DNA of 32,000 nt from Desulfobulbus propionicus DSM 2032 (GTDB taxonomy: Bacteria; Desulfobacterota; Desulfobulbia; Desulfobulbales; Desulfobulbaceae): the NCBI RefSeq assembly GCF_000186885.1, contig NC_014972.1:1-32000 (forward strand), read 5' to 3'. Positions within the stretch are counted from its first letter, which is position 1. The number at the start of each line of letters is the position of its first letter. The notes under the pieces are model-generated. The model was given only the letters and a program-made list of their open reading frames with translations. It was not told the DNA's origin and did not search any database. The position numbers and the translations under genes were made by a program. Shown in pieces: positions 8,242-16,122 of this stretch.

Positions 8242-9159
8242 ATGGAAAAAATCGGATTATATCTCGGCTGCAACATCCCGCTGAAAGCGCCGGACATCGA
8301 GCAGTCCATCCGCAAGATCCTGCCGGTGCTCGGCATCGAGCCGGTTGACCTGCAGGGCGCCTCCTGTTGCCCGGCCTGGGGCACGGCCCCCTCATTCGAC
8401 CTCAACACCTGGTGCGCCATCTCCAGCCGCAACATCACCATCGCCGAAGCCCAGGGCGTGGACATCATGACCGGCTGCAACTCCTGCTTTGGCGTGCTCT
8501 CCGAGGCCAAGCACTTTCTCGATGACCCGGCGCGACGCAAGGCGGTCAATCAGAGCCTCGCCGCCATCAACCGCGAGTTCAAGGGCACCTCGGACATCTA
8601 CCATGTCGCCCATGTGCTCCATCGCAAGGTGGGCGTGGAGAAGATCCGCGAGAATCTTAAGTACTCCCTTGGTGGACTGAAAATTGCGGTGCAGACCGGT
8701 TGCCACACCCTCTGGCCCTCGGATGTCTACAAGATCAAGGAGGACAACCCTTACTATCCGACCATCCTCCGCGATCTTTGCGAGGCCACCGGCGCCACCG
8801 TGCCGCATTATTCCCGTTTGGAGAGCTGTTGCGGCATGGGCGGCATGCGTTCCACCGACGTGGAGAAATCGCTGAAGCTGTTCCGCGACAAACTGCTGTC
8901 GATCAAGGAGGAAACCGACGCCGACCTGATCGTCACCACCTGTTCGTCCTGCTTCCTCCAGTTCGACATGTCCCAGCCGATCCTCAAGGAGCGCGGCCTG
9001 ATCGACTTCGAACCGATTCCGACCTTTTACTATACCCAGTTGCTGGCTCTGGCCATGGGATGTGATCCCGCCCAGGTGGCCGCCCTCTCGCAGATCGACC
9101 GCAGCGGTATCATCAGCGAGATCCAAAGCGAACAACGTCTGATCAAGGAGGTGGCCTGA
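8242..9159 (+). CDS. hdrB: Heterodisulfide reductase subunit B (CCG-domain protein)
   Basis: Two CCG-type cysteine-rich regions (GASCCPAWG; ESCCGMGGM ... TTCSSCFLQ). ATG 8242 has AAGGTGA 5 nt upstream. The ORF-track TTG at 8188 lies only 2 nt after its SD and is less likely. Confidence 0.85.
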   Translation: MEKIGLYLGCNIPLKAPDIEQSIRKILPVLGIEPVDLQGASCCPAWGTAPSFDLNTWCAISSRNITIAEAQGVDIMTGCNSCFGVLSEAKHFLDDPARRKAVNQSLAAINREFKGTSDIYHVAHVLHRKVGVEKIRENLKYSLGGLKIAVQTGCHTLWPSDVYKIKEDNPYYPTILRDLCEATGATVPHYSRLESCCGMGGMRSTDVEKSLKLFRDKLLSIKEETDADLIVTTCSSCFLQFDMSQPILKERGLIDFEPIPTFYYTQLLALAMGCDPAQVAALSQIDRSGIISEIQSEQRLIKEVA

Positions 9160-9584
9160 TGTCCTTTCTACCCAATATCGTTGGCTTTGCCTGCCAGTGG
9201 TGCACCTATGCCGGCGCGGACCTGGCCGGTAACCTGCGGGCCAAATACCCGCCCTCGATCAAGCTGATCAAGGTACCCTGCTCCGGCCGGGTGGAGCCAG
9301 AGCATGTCATGGAAGCCCTGGCCAACGGCGCCGACGGCGTGCTGGTCGGCGGTTGTCACTTTGGCGATTGCCATTACAAGACCGGCAACTACAAAACCGC
9401 CAACAGGATGAAAATATTGAAACAACTGCTTGAGGACAGCGGTTTTGATTCCCGCCGCTTCCGTCTGGAATGGATCTCCGGTGCCGAGGGCTACCGGTTC
9501 GCCGAGGTGGTGGAGGAGTTTACCAAGGAGTTGCAGGAGCTGGGTCCCAACCCGCTCAAAGGAGGAAATGGTCATGGCAAATAA
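9159..9584 (+). CDS. mvhD: Methyl-viologen-reducing hydrogenase delta subunit (MvhD/FlpD family)
   Basis: 141 aa. NIVGFACQWCTYAGADLAG, VPCSGRV and GGCHFGDCHY are typical of MvhD. The start overlaps the hdrB stop (TGATG at 9157-9161), with AAGGAGG upstream. Confidence 0.88.
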   Translation: MSFLPNIVGFACQWCTYAGADLAGNLRAKYPPSIKLIKVPCSGRVEPEHVMEALANGADGVLVGGCHFGDCHYKTGNYKTANRMKILKQLLEDSGFDSRRFRLEWISGAEGYRFAEVVEEFTKELQELGPNPLKGGNGHGK

Positions 9585-10566
9585 ACTGAAGACCGCCTTT
9601 CTGCTGGCCGGCGGCTGCGCGGGCTGCGAGATGAGCGTGGTCGACCTCTCGGAAAAACTGGTCGATGCCCTGGAGCACCTGGAAATCGTCTTCTGGGCGC
9701 CAACCGTGGCCGACGTCAAGTATCAGGACCTGGAAGATATGCCGGATAAATCCATCGACCTGGCCTTTGTCGACGGCATGATCCGCAACACCGAAAACCT
9801 GCACACCGTCCAGGTGTTGCGGGCCAAATCCAAGGTGCTGGTGGCCTTCGGCGCCTGTGCCACCCTGGGCGGTATCGCCGCGCTTGGCGACCTGCATACC
9901 AAGGAGGAGCTGTTCCGCCAGGCCTACAAGGATTCCTTTTCCACTGACAACCCGGAAGGCGTCTATCCCGAACCGGAGTACCTGCTCGACGGCAAGTACA
10001 ACCTGACCATCCCCGCCATCCTCGACACCTGTTCGACCATCGATCAGGTGGTGGCTGTGGATTACTATGTCGGCGGCTGCCCGCCCCATCCCTCGTTCGT
10101 CGGCAAACTGGTCGGCGCCATTGTTGCCGGCGACCTGCCCCCGGCGGGTTCCTGGCTCACCGGCGGCAAGGCGGTCTGCGACACCTGCAAGCGCAATCCG
10201 GCCCTCACCGGCCAGGAACGGCTGCCCATCGGTGAGATCAAACGCACCATCGACGACCGGCCCGACCCCAACATCTGCCTGCTGCAACAGGGCTACATGT
10301 GCTTTGGCCCGGTGACCCAGGGCGACTGCGGTGCCTCCTGCCTCAACGTCAACATCCCCTGTCGCGGTTGCGGCGGCCCGATCCCCGGTATCAAGGATTT
10401 CGGTGCCCGTTGCGTCTCCACCTTGGCCTCCAGCATGGCCAGCGAGGCCGTTGCCGAACAGTTCATTGAAAAATACAACGATATGGCCAAGATGTTTTAT
10501 CGCTACAGCCATACGGCCTCGAAACTCAACCATCGGGTCGCCGAGCAGAAGGAGAACGCAGCATGA
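9574..10566 (+). CDS. mvhG: [NiFe] hydrogenase small subunit, F420-non-reducing type (MvhG)
   Basis: MANKLKTAFLLAGGCAGCEMS N-terminus, later GGCPP, and a C-terminal Fe-S cysteine cluster (CxxGPxxxGxCGASC, CRGCGGP). ATG 9574 is 7 nt after GGAGGA and overlaps the mvhD end. The ORF-track start at 9430 was rejected. Confidence 0.85.
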   Translation: MANKLKTAFLLAGGCAGCEMSVVDLSEKLVDALEHLEIVFWAPTVADVKYQDLEDMPDKSIDLAFVDGMIRNTENLHTVQVLRAKSKVLVAFGACATLGGIAALGDLHTKEELFRQAYKDSFSTDNPEGVYPEPEYLLDGKYNLTIPAILDTCSTIDQVVAVDYYVGGCPPHPSFVGKLVGAIVAGDLPPAGSWLTGGKAVCDTCKRNPALTGQERLPIGEIKRTIDDRPDPNICLLQQGYMCFGPVTQGDCGASCLNVNIPCRGCGGPIPGIKDFGARCVSTLASSMASEAVAEQFIEKYNDMAKMFYRYSHTASKLNHRVAEQKENAA

Positions 10567-12029
10567 AAAAAATCGAAATCAGCCCGATCACCCGTCTTGA
10601 GGGCCATGGCAAGATTGCCATTTTCCTGGATGATGCCGGCAATGTGGACGACGCCTTTTTCCAGACCGTGGAATTCCGAGGCTTTGAAAAATTCCTCCAG
10701 GGCATGCCCATGGAGGAGGTACCGCGCACCGTGTCCACTGTCTGCGGTGTCTGTCGCGGCGTCCATTTCACCGCCTCGATGAAGGCCTCGGACGGCGTCT
10801 TCGGCGTCACCCCGCCGCCGGCCGGCCGCAAGCTGCGCGAACTGTTCTTCAACGCCCACTATGTCGAGGACCACTCGGTGATCCTCTATGCCCTGGGGCT
10901 GCCGGACTTTGTCGTCGGGCCGGAGGCCAATCCCGCGGTGCGCAACGTGGTTGGCCTGATCAACGCCGTGGGCGCGGAAACCGGCCGTGAGGTCCTGCGC
11001 CGTCGGGGTCTGGCAGTGAAGATTTTTGAACTGCTCGGTGGCAAGCCCAATCATCCGGTGGCGGCCATCCCCGGCGGCTGGTCCAAGCAGCTGAGCGAGG
11101 AGGAGCGCAAGCAGATCGAGGAGTGGTCCCAGGAGCTGGTGGGGTTGGGCGAGCTGACCCTCAAGGTCTTTGAGGATGTGGTGCTGAAAAACGACAAGTA
11201 TATGGAGCTGGTCACCGGCGATATGTACAAGGTCGAGGTCGGCTACATGGGCTCGGTGGACGAGAACGACAATATCACCTACTACGACGGCACCCAGAAG
11301 ATCATCGACTCGGCCGGCAACCCGGTGGGCAGCTTCAACGGCAAGGAATACCTCGATTTTATCTCCGAGCGCGTCCAGCCGTGGACCTATCTGAAATTCC
11401 CCTACCAGAAGAAGATCGGCCCCTGGAAGGGCATTGTCGAAGGGCCGGGCACCAACATCTACGCGGTTGGCCCGCTGGCGCGGATGAACATCGTGGGGGG
11501 CATGGACACGCCGCTGGCGCAGCAGCATTTCGAGAAATTCCACGCCACCTTCGGCGCGCGGCCGGTGCATAACGTCCTGGCCTACCACTGGGCCCGGGCG
11601 ATCGAGCTGCTCAACGCCGCCGAGAAGTGCCTCCAACTCTCCCGTGACCCCGAGATCACCAGCAAGGACACCTGGACCAAGCCGACCTCCTGTCCGGGCG
11701 AGGGCGTGGGCATCATCGAGGCGCCGCGCGGCACCCTGATCCACCACTACACCACCGACGAGCGGGGCATCGTCACCAACGCCAACCTGATCGTGGCCAC
11801 CACCCACAACAACGCCCCGATCAACCTGGCGGTGAAGAAGGCGGCCAAGCACTTCATCAAAAATGGCGATGTGTCGCCGGCCATGCTCAACTACGTGGAA
11901 ATGGCCTTCCGCCCCTACGACCTCTGCCTGGCCTGCGCCACCCACACCGTGACCGGCGGCCAATCGCCGCTGTTGGTGGAAATCTTTGACAACAACGGCA
12001 CCCTCTACAAGACGTTGAAGAATTTTTAA
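10563..12029 (+). CDS. mvhA: [NiFe] hydrogenase large subunit, F420-non-reducing type (MvhA)
   Basis: 488 aa. N-terminal Ni-binding motif RTVSTVCGVCRGVH and C-terminal YDLCLACATH, followed by a 27-aa extension (the maturation-protease substrate). ATGA overlap with mvhG. Confidence 0.9.
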   Translation: MKKIEISPITRLEGHGKIAIFLDDAGNVDDAFFQTVEFRGFEKFLQGMPMEEVPRTVSTVCGVCRGVHFTASMKASDGVFGVTPPPAGRKLRELFFNAHYVEDHSVILYALGLPDFVVGPEANPAVRNVVGLINAVGAETGREVLRRRGLAVKIFELLGGKPNHPVAAIPGGWSKQLSEEERKQIEEWSQELVGLGELTLKVFEDVVLKNDKYMELVTGDMYKVEVGYMGSVDENDNITYYDGTQKIIDSAGNPVGSFNGKEYLDFISERVQPWTYLKFPYQKKIGPWKGIVEGPGTNIYAVGPLARMNIVGGMDTPLAQQHFEKFHATFGARPVHNVLAYHWARAIELLNAAEKCLQLSRDPEITSKDTWTKPTSCPGEGVGIIEAPRGTLIHHYTTDERGIVTNANLIVATTHNNAPINLAVKKAAKHFIKNGDVSPAMLNYVEMAFRPYDLCLACATHTVTGGQSPLLVEIFDNNGTLYKTLKNF

Positions 12030-12047
12030 GTAGGCGTTGAGCCTGTG

Positions 12048-12087
12048 AGTCTGTAGTCTTTTTGGGGGGGCCAAGGGGCTACAGACT
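12048..12087 (+). other. Intercistronic stem-loop: 9-bp perfect stem AGTCTGTAG/CTACAGACT with a 22-nt loop containing a G7 run
   Basis: Read directly between the mvhA stop (12029) and the protease start (12120). No downstream T tract, so it does not look like a classic terminator. Confidence 0.4.
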
Positions 12088-12119
12088 TAACATCCATAAC
12101 TTTTTTCCGCCGGAGTGGC

Positions 12120-12626
12120 ATGCAAACACAATGCGTCGTGATCGGTATCGGCAATCCCTATCTTCAGGATGACCGCGCCGGGGTGGTGGTGGTGGAACGG
12201 CTGGAGCAGGAAGGGATTCCCTGCCGGACGGAGGTGGTTTTTACCGTGGGGTTTGAGGTGATGGACAAGATCCGCGGCTGTGATCAGGCGATCATCGTCG
12301 ATGCCTGCATGCTCGGCAACGAACCGGGTTCCATTCTCGAAGTCGGGGTGGACGACATCTTCACCACCCATGCCCTGGTCAATTCCCATGCCGTCACCCT
12401 GGGCACGACCCTCAAGACCGGCTATGTCTGTTTTCCCGAGGAGATGCCCGCCGATATCCGCATCCTCTTGATCGAGGTCAAGGAAATCAAGGAGTTCACC
12501 CAGCAGATGTCGTCCGAGGTGGAGGCGGCCGTGGACGTGGTGGTGGAACGGATCAAGGGAATGGTCGCCGCCAGGGAAGCGGGACCGCCCAGCCGCACAA
12601 GCGGGGCTACTGCTTGGGAGCAATAG
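12120..12626 (+). CDS. Hydrogenase maturation endopeptidase (HyaD/HybD/FrhD family)
   Basis: 168 aa. VIGIGNPYLQDDRAG and IIVDA motifs typical of the family, located directly after the large subunit gene. Confidence 0.85.
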   Translation: MQTQCVVIGIGNPYLQDDRAGVVVVERLEQEGIPCRTEVVFTVGFEVMDKIRGCDQAIIVDACMLGNEPGSILEVGVDDIFTTHALVNSHAVTLGTTLKTGYVCFPEEMPADIRILLIEVKEIKEFTQQMSSEVEAAVDVVVERIKGMVAAREAGPPSRTSGATAWEQ

Positions 12627-14265
12627 CCACCGAATAGCCGCATTCCCCCTCGGCGCCAACAAGGCGCAGGGTGTAGGTGTCTGTCTTGGCGACGGTGAAG
12701 GGCATCACCGTGGTCTCCGATCCGCCGATCCGTTTGTAGGGATTGCGGTATACCGGGGTGCCCCGGGAATCGACAATCTCCACGGCATAACTGCCCCCAT
12801 CACCCGTCGCTGAAAAGGACAGGCGCACCGGGACGAATTCCTCCAGCTCAAAGCGGTATTCGGCCACCGCGTCCTTGGCGATGGCGCCGCTCACCCCGCT
12901 GTCCCCGATCTTGAGCACATTGGCCTCGCCGCGCAGCTGCGCATCGAAGGCAATGGATTGGACAGTGAGGGTGTATTTTCCTTCCTCGCCCGTTCCCAGC
13001 ACCCGCAGCAGGTAGGTGTCGTTTTTGTCCGGGGTGAAGGGCAGGCGGACATGCTGCGTATCGAACCCGTGCCGGTACTGCTTGCGCAACACAATTTTCC
13101 CACTCGAATCAGAGAGTTCCACGGTGTATTGAAAATTCTCGTCCAGCGAGGAAAAATTGAGGCGGACCGGGCTGTTCTGATAGAGCCGCACCTTGTATTC
13201 CGCGATCGCGTTTTTCACCAGCACCGCGGAAAACTCCTCGCCATCGATCTGCAACACGTGGGCTTCGCTCCGCAGCGCGGCATCGGTGACGATGGGAGTG
13301 GTGCGGATTTTGTACCGTCCTTCGCCCTCGGTGCCGGTAACCCTGAAGGAAAAGGTGTCGGTCTTCAAGGGGGTGCAGGGAAAGCTGACCGCCTCCTTGC
13401 CAAGCGGCTTGCCGAGCGAGTAGCGGCACGAGACCCTGTTGGTCGAGTCCATCACATCGATGGCGTACCTGACCCGATCTCCAGTGGGCAGGAGGTGGAT
13501 GCGAATCGGGCTGTTTTCCTTGAGGTTGACCCGATGGTCCTGGAAACTGTTGAGGACCACGGTGCCGGTCAACTCCTGTTCCTGCGCCGTGGGCGGTTGA
13601 GGCGGCGCTTGTGCCGTGGCGCTGGCCTCGGGCGGCGATGGTTCGCCTCTGCTTTCCGTGTCCTCGAAAAACAGCGACAGGGCGGTGGCCAGGGCATCCT
13701 GGCGCAGGACATTGCCGATGTTGTCGGTCACCGAAACGAGCATCCCGGCCCATTGTCCGCCGATGTACAGGGTGCTGCCGCTCATCCCCTTGGTGATGGT
13801 GTCGTCCTGATTCACCGGGCGGACATTGATATGGCGGTATTTATCGTAGCCGACGACATCCACCGGCGTTTTGCGGATGCTGCCGTCGGCCAGCATGGTG
13901 TGGAGTTCGCCCTGCTTTTCGGTGCCGAGAAGGGCGGTCAGGCGGTTGTGCTGCGGCCAGAGGGTGCCACGGCAGGAGACCGGCGTGTCCTTGTCCAGGC
14001 GAACGACCGCGATGTCCCCGGGGAAAACGTCGACCAGTTCAGCCTGGCGGCGCGATCTGTCCACGGTGGTCACCTCGATCTTGAAGGCGTTTTCCACCAC
14101 ATGGGCAGGGGTGATCAGCAGACATTCGTTCTGCCGTGGGCGGAGAATGCCCTGGCCGGTTTCATTGTCGTCGACCTTGAGGTAGGCATCGGACGCATGG
14201 CTCGGCCCGGAGACAACCTGGGCCAGGAAAAACAGGGTAAGGAAGAGGGGCTGTTTGACGTTCAT
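12607..14265 (-). CDS. Secreted trypsin-fold (S1/HtrA-like) serine protease with a Pro-rich linker and three tandem PPC-like beta-domain repeats
   Basis: 552 aa. Signal peptide MNVKQPLFLTLFFLAQVVSGPSHA. H-D-S triad in the chymotrypsin order: TPAHVV (H55), GDIAVVRL (D84), GMSGST (S162). Linker EPSPPEASATAQAPPQPPTAQEQE, then three ~100-113-aa repeats. Confidence 0.75.
   Translation of the reverse strand: MNVKQPLFLTLFFLAQVVSGPSHASDAYLKVDDNETGQGILRPRQNECLLITPAHVVENAFKIEVTTVDRSRRQAELVDVFPGDIAVVRLDKDTPVSCRGTLWPQHNRLTALLGTEKQGELHTMLADGSIRKTPVDVVGYDKYRHINVRPVNQDDTITKGMSGSTLYIGGQWAGMLVSVTDNIGNVLRQDALATALSLFFEDTESRGEPSPPEASATAQAPPQPPTAQEQELTGTVVLNSFQDHRVNLKENSPIRIHLLPTGDRVRYAIDVMDSTNRVSCRYSLGKPLGKEAVSFPCTPLKTDTFSFRVTGTEGEGRYKIRTTPIVTDAALRSEAHVLQIDGEEFSAVLVKNAIAEYKVRLYQNSPVRLNFSSLDENFQYTVELSDSSGKIVLRKQYRHGFDTQHVRLPFTPDKNDTYLLRVLGTGEEGKYTLTVQSIAFDAQLRGEANVLKIGDSGVSGAIAKDAVAEYRFELEEFVPVRLSFSATGDGGSYAVEIVDSRGTPVYRNPYKRIGGSETTVMPFTVAKTDTYTLRLVGAEGECGYSVAIAPKQ
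12610..13575 (-). repeat. Three tandem protein-level repeats (approx. aa 231-343, 344-456, 457-552) inside the protease gene
   Basis: Recurring pattern: A(I/V)AEY(K/R)(V/F).L....PVRL.FS ... Y(A/T)VE..DS.G ... PFT....DTY.LR(V/L).G..GE(G/C).Y...(V/I). The fold assignment (pre-peptidase C-terminal/PPC-like) is inferred from this pattern. Confidence 0.65.
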
Positions 14266-14289
14266 TGGTGGGTTGCGGCGGGTTGCGAG

Positions 14290-15330
14290 CTAGCAATCAT
14301 GGCTGCTCTGTTCGTTTTTCAATTTCATCTCGGAATGGAAATAGAGCAGGCGGATGAAGAAGACGATCGATCCCGGAACCGCGAGCATGATCGCCCAGGT
14401 AATCACCAGTTCTTCATCTTTTCCCATCTTGGACCACAGATTGTTGCGGATTTTCAGTTTCGTGCCCCGGAATTTGTTGATCGTGGCCGAATTGGCCTCG
14501 ACGATGGTCACGATCTGCAGGCCGCGATCCAGGTCGAAGGTGATCATGCCGCTGGTTTTCGGCTCCGTGGGCGTGAATTGCAGGCCATCGCCCAACTGCA
14601 ACTTGTACGGATCCACCTTGTAATGATTGCCGGACAGCAGCTGTTTGGCGATCATGTGGATTTCACCGTCGAGCAACAGGCCGTTTTGCTGGTAGGCGTC
14701 GTAGGTGGGCACCCTTCCGACGATAACCGGGCCATCGACGGTGTATTTCCAGGTCACGCCCTGGGCGATCATGGCGGCCGGATCGTTCAGCACGAGATCA
14801 ACGACCTCCGGCAGGGTGCAGAGGAGCTGATCGTTGTCGTCATACAGGCTGTTCTTGTCGGTGCTTCGGATCTTGACATGGACCGGTCCCTTGGCGATCC
14901 GTGAAAAGATGACCGCTGCTTTTCCATGGATTTGCAGGGATCCCGCGCCCTTGTGGGACACCGATTTCAACTTGGCCGATTCAGGTGCCAGGGGATCGAA
15001 GACCTCCGAACCCACCTCCTCCCAATACACGGTCGCATTGTGAAACGGTATGCGAGGCGGATCGATGCTTTCGGGCTGATATTCCACCTGCTCCGTCCGT
15101 GCCGAGACGATGAAGCTACCGGGGTTTAAAGTGTTGATGGCGATCTTGGCCACCAGAAACAGGAGAAAAACAAGGTAGATGTAGAAAAAGAAGACAATGC
15201 AGTGCAGCGACCTCGGATATTGCCGGGAAATGTTGTGAAAGACCTTTTTTTCCGGCTCGGAAACAACAGAGGCGAGCAGGACGTCTCTGGTGATGACAAC
15301 AAATTTCCGGAAAATTTTTTTGAACCACAC
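14290..15330 (-). CDS. Bitopic membrane protein of unknown function (two TM helices flanking a ~240-aa extracytoplasmic domain)
   Basis: 346 aa, GTG start 3 nt after the upstream gene's stop. Basic N-terminus MWFKKIFRKF. TM1 ~aa 44-65 (CIVFFFYIYLVFLLFLVAKIAI) and TM2 ~aa 308-331 (LVITWAIMLAVPGSIVFFIRLLYF). I recognised no catalytic or family motif. Confidence 0.6.
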   Translation of the reverse strand: MWFKKIFRKFVVITRDVLLASVVSEPEKKVFHNISRQYPRSLHCIVFFFYIYLVFLLFLVAKIAINTLNPGSFIVSARTEQVEYQPESIDPPRIPFHNATVYWEEVGSEVFDPLAPESAKLKSVSHKGAGSLQIHGKAAVIFSRIAKGPVHVKIRSTDKNSLYDDNDQLLCTLPEVVDLVLNDPAAMIAQGVTWKYTVDGPVIVGRVPTYDAYQQNGLLLDGEIHMIAKQLLSGNHYKVDPYKLQLGDGLQFTPTEPKTSGMITFDLDRGLQIVTIVEANSATINKFRGTKLKIRNNLWSKMGKDEELVITWAIMLAVPGSIVFFIRLLYFHSEMKLKNEQSSHDC

Positions 15331-15333
15331 GAA

Positions 15334-16122
15334 TTATCTTACCGGAAATTCGACGTTTGGCAATCTGTTGCCAAAATTTTTCCGCAACAGGTAGATGCTT
15401 TTCGGCTCGAGGAGCAGCTCCCGTTTGAGCACGCATTGGGTATCATAGGCGATGGCGTTGTCGGCGGCGATCCTGGTGCACGGAATCCGCTCCTTGGCGC
15501 CGGGAATGCCGATTTCCGTGTCCGTGTTGCTGGAATTGACATACAAGACATAATCATCGGCGGTGTCGGCGCCCCAGCTTGCCGGAACGTAGCGCATCTC
15601 CGGGGACAAACAGTCCTTGCGGGCGATGCCGGCAAGCACCGCCAGGGCGTCGGGCGTGTAGGCGGCAAGCTGCTCCTGATATTTCGAGGGCATGTTGACC
15701 GCGATGGGGCCGGGCGGCTGTTTGCCCAGCGCGTACTGCCAGGAGGCGGTATAGCGGCCGTCGCGGCTGACCATGTTCACGCAGAGCATGGCATCCTCCT
15801 CGTCCACAGGCCGTTGCAGATGGATGGAGAGCGCCTGCAGGTCAACGTGCGGCAGGGTGCTCCGCTGCATGAATCCGGCGCGCACCCCTCCTGAAACCGT
15901 GACTTTTTCCAGATAGGATTCCTTGAACTGGGCATCGCTCAAGACGATGTTGCGCGGTTGTTGCGCCATGGCGGAAGGGGGACCGCACAGCACGACCGCC
16001 ACCCACAGCCAGGTGTGCCCGGCCCGTGCTCCCCTGAGGAGGGCGTGGCGCGGCGGCTTGCCTGCAGGTGTTGTGTGCTGGTCGTGGCGGCCGGGGTTGG
16101 CGGCGAAACACTGTTCGATCAT
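15334..16122 (-). CDS. Exported or signal-anchored protein of unknown function
   Basis: 262 aa. ATG 16122 has AAGAGGA 6 nt upstream. The hydrophobic segment HTWLWVAVVLCGPPSAMA-QQ follows a ~35-aa basic N-region. Four Cys in the mature part. No recognisable motif. Confidence 0.6.
   Translation of the reverse strand: MIEQCFAANPGRHDQHTTPAGKPPRHALLRGARAGHTWLWVAVVLCGPPSAMAQQPRNIVLSDAQFKESYLEKVTVSGGVRAGFMQRSTLPHVDLQALSIHLQRPVDEEDAMLCVNMVSRDGRYTASWQYALGKQPPGPIAVNMPSKYQEQLAAYTPDALAVLAGIARKDCLSPEMRYVPASWGADTADDYVLYVNSSNTDTEIGIPGAKERIPCTRIAADNAIAYDTQCVLKRELLLEPKSIYLLRKNFGNRLPNVEFPVR

Noticed and set aside
5605-12029. Selenocysteine (in-frame TGA) in hdrA, mvhD or the [NiFe] large subunit
   Set aside because: All ORFs are uninterrupted and the relevant positions are Cys codons (for example YDLCLACATH). 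No recoding signal is needed.
10503-12074. 523-aa minus-strand ORF antisense to mvhA
   Set aside because: The same shadow-ORF composition. The plus-strand frame carries both [NiFe] ligand motifs.
12958-14904. 648-aa plus-strand ORF spanning, in antisense, both the protease gene and the membrane-protein gene
   Set aside because: It was tempting because it crosses an intergenic gap. However, it has no SD, no motifs and shadow-frame composition. The minus-strand genes have a signal peptide, a catalytic triad, repeats and TM helices.
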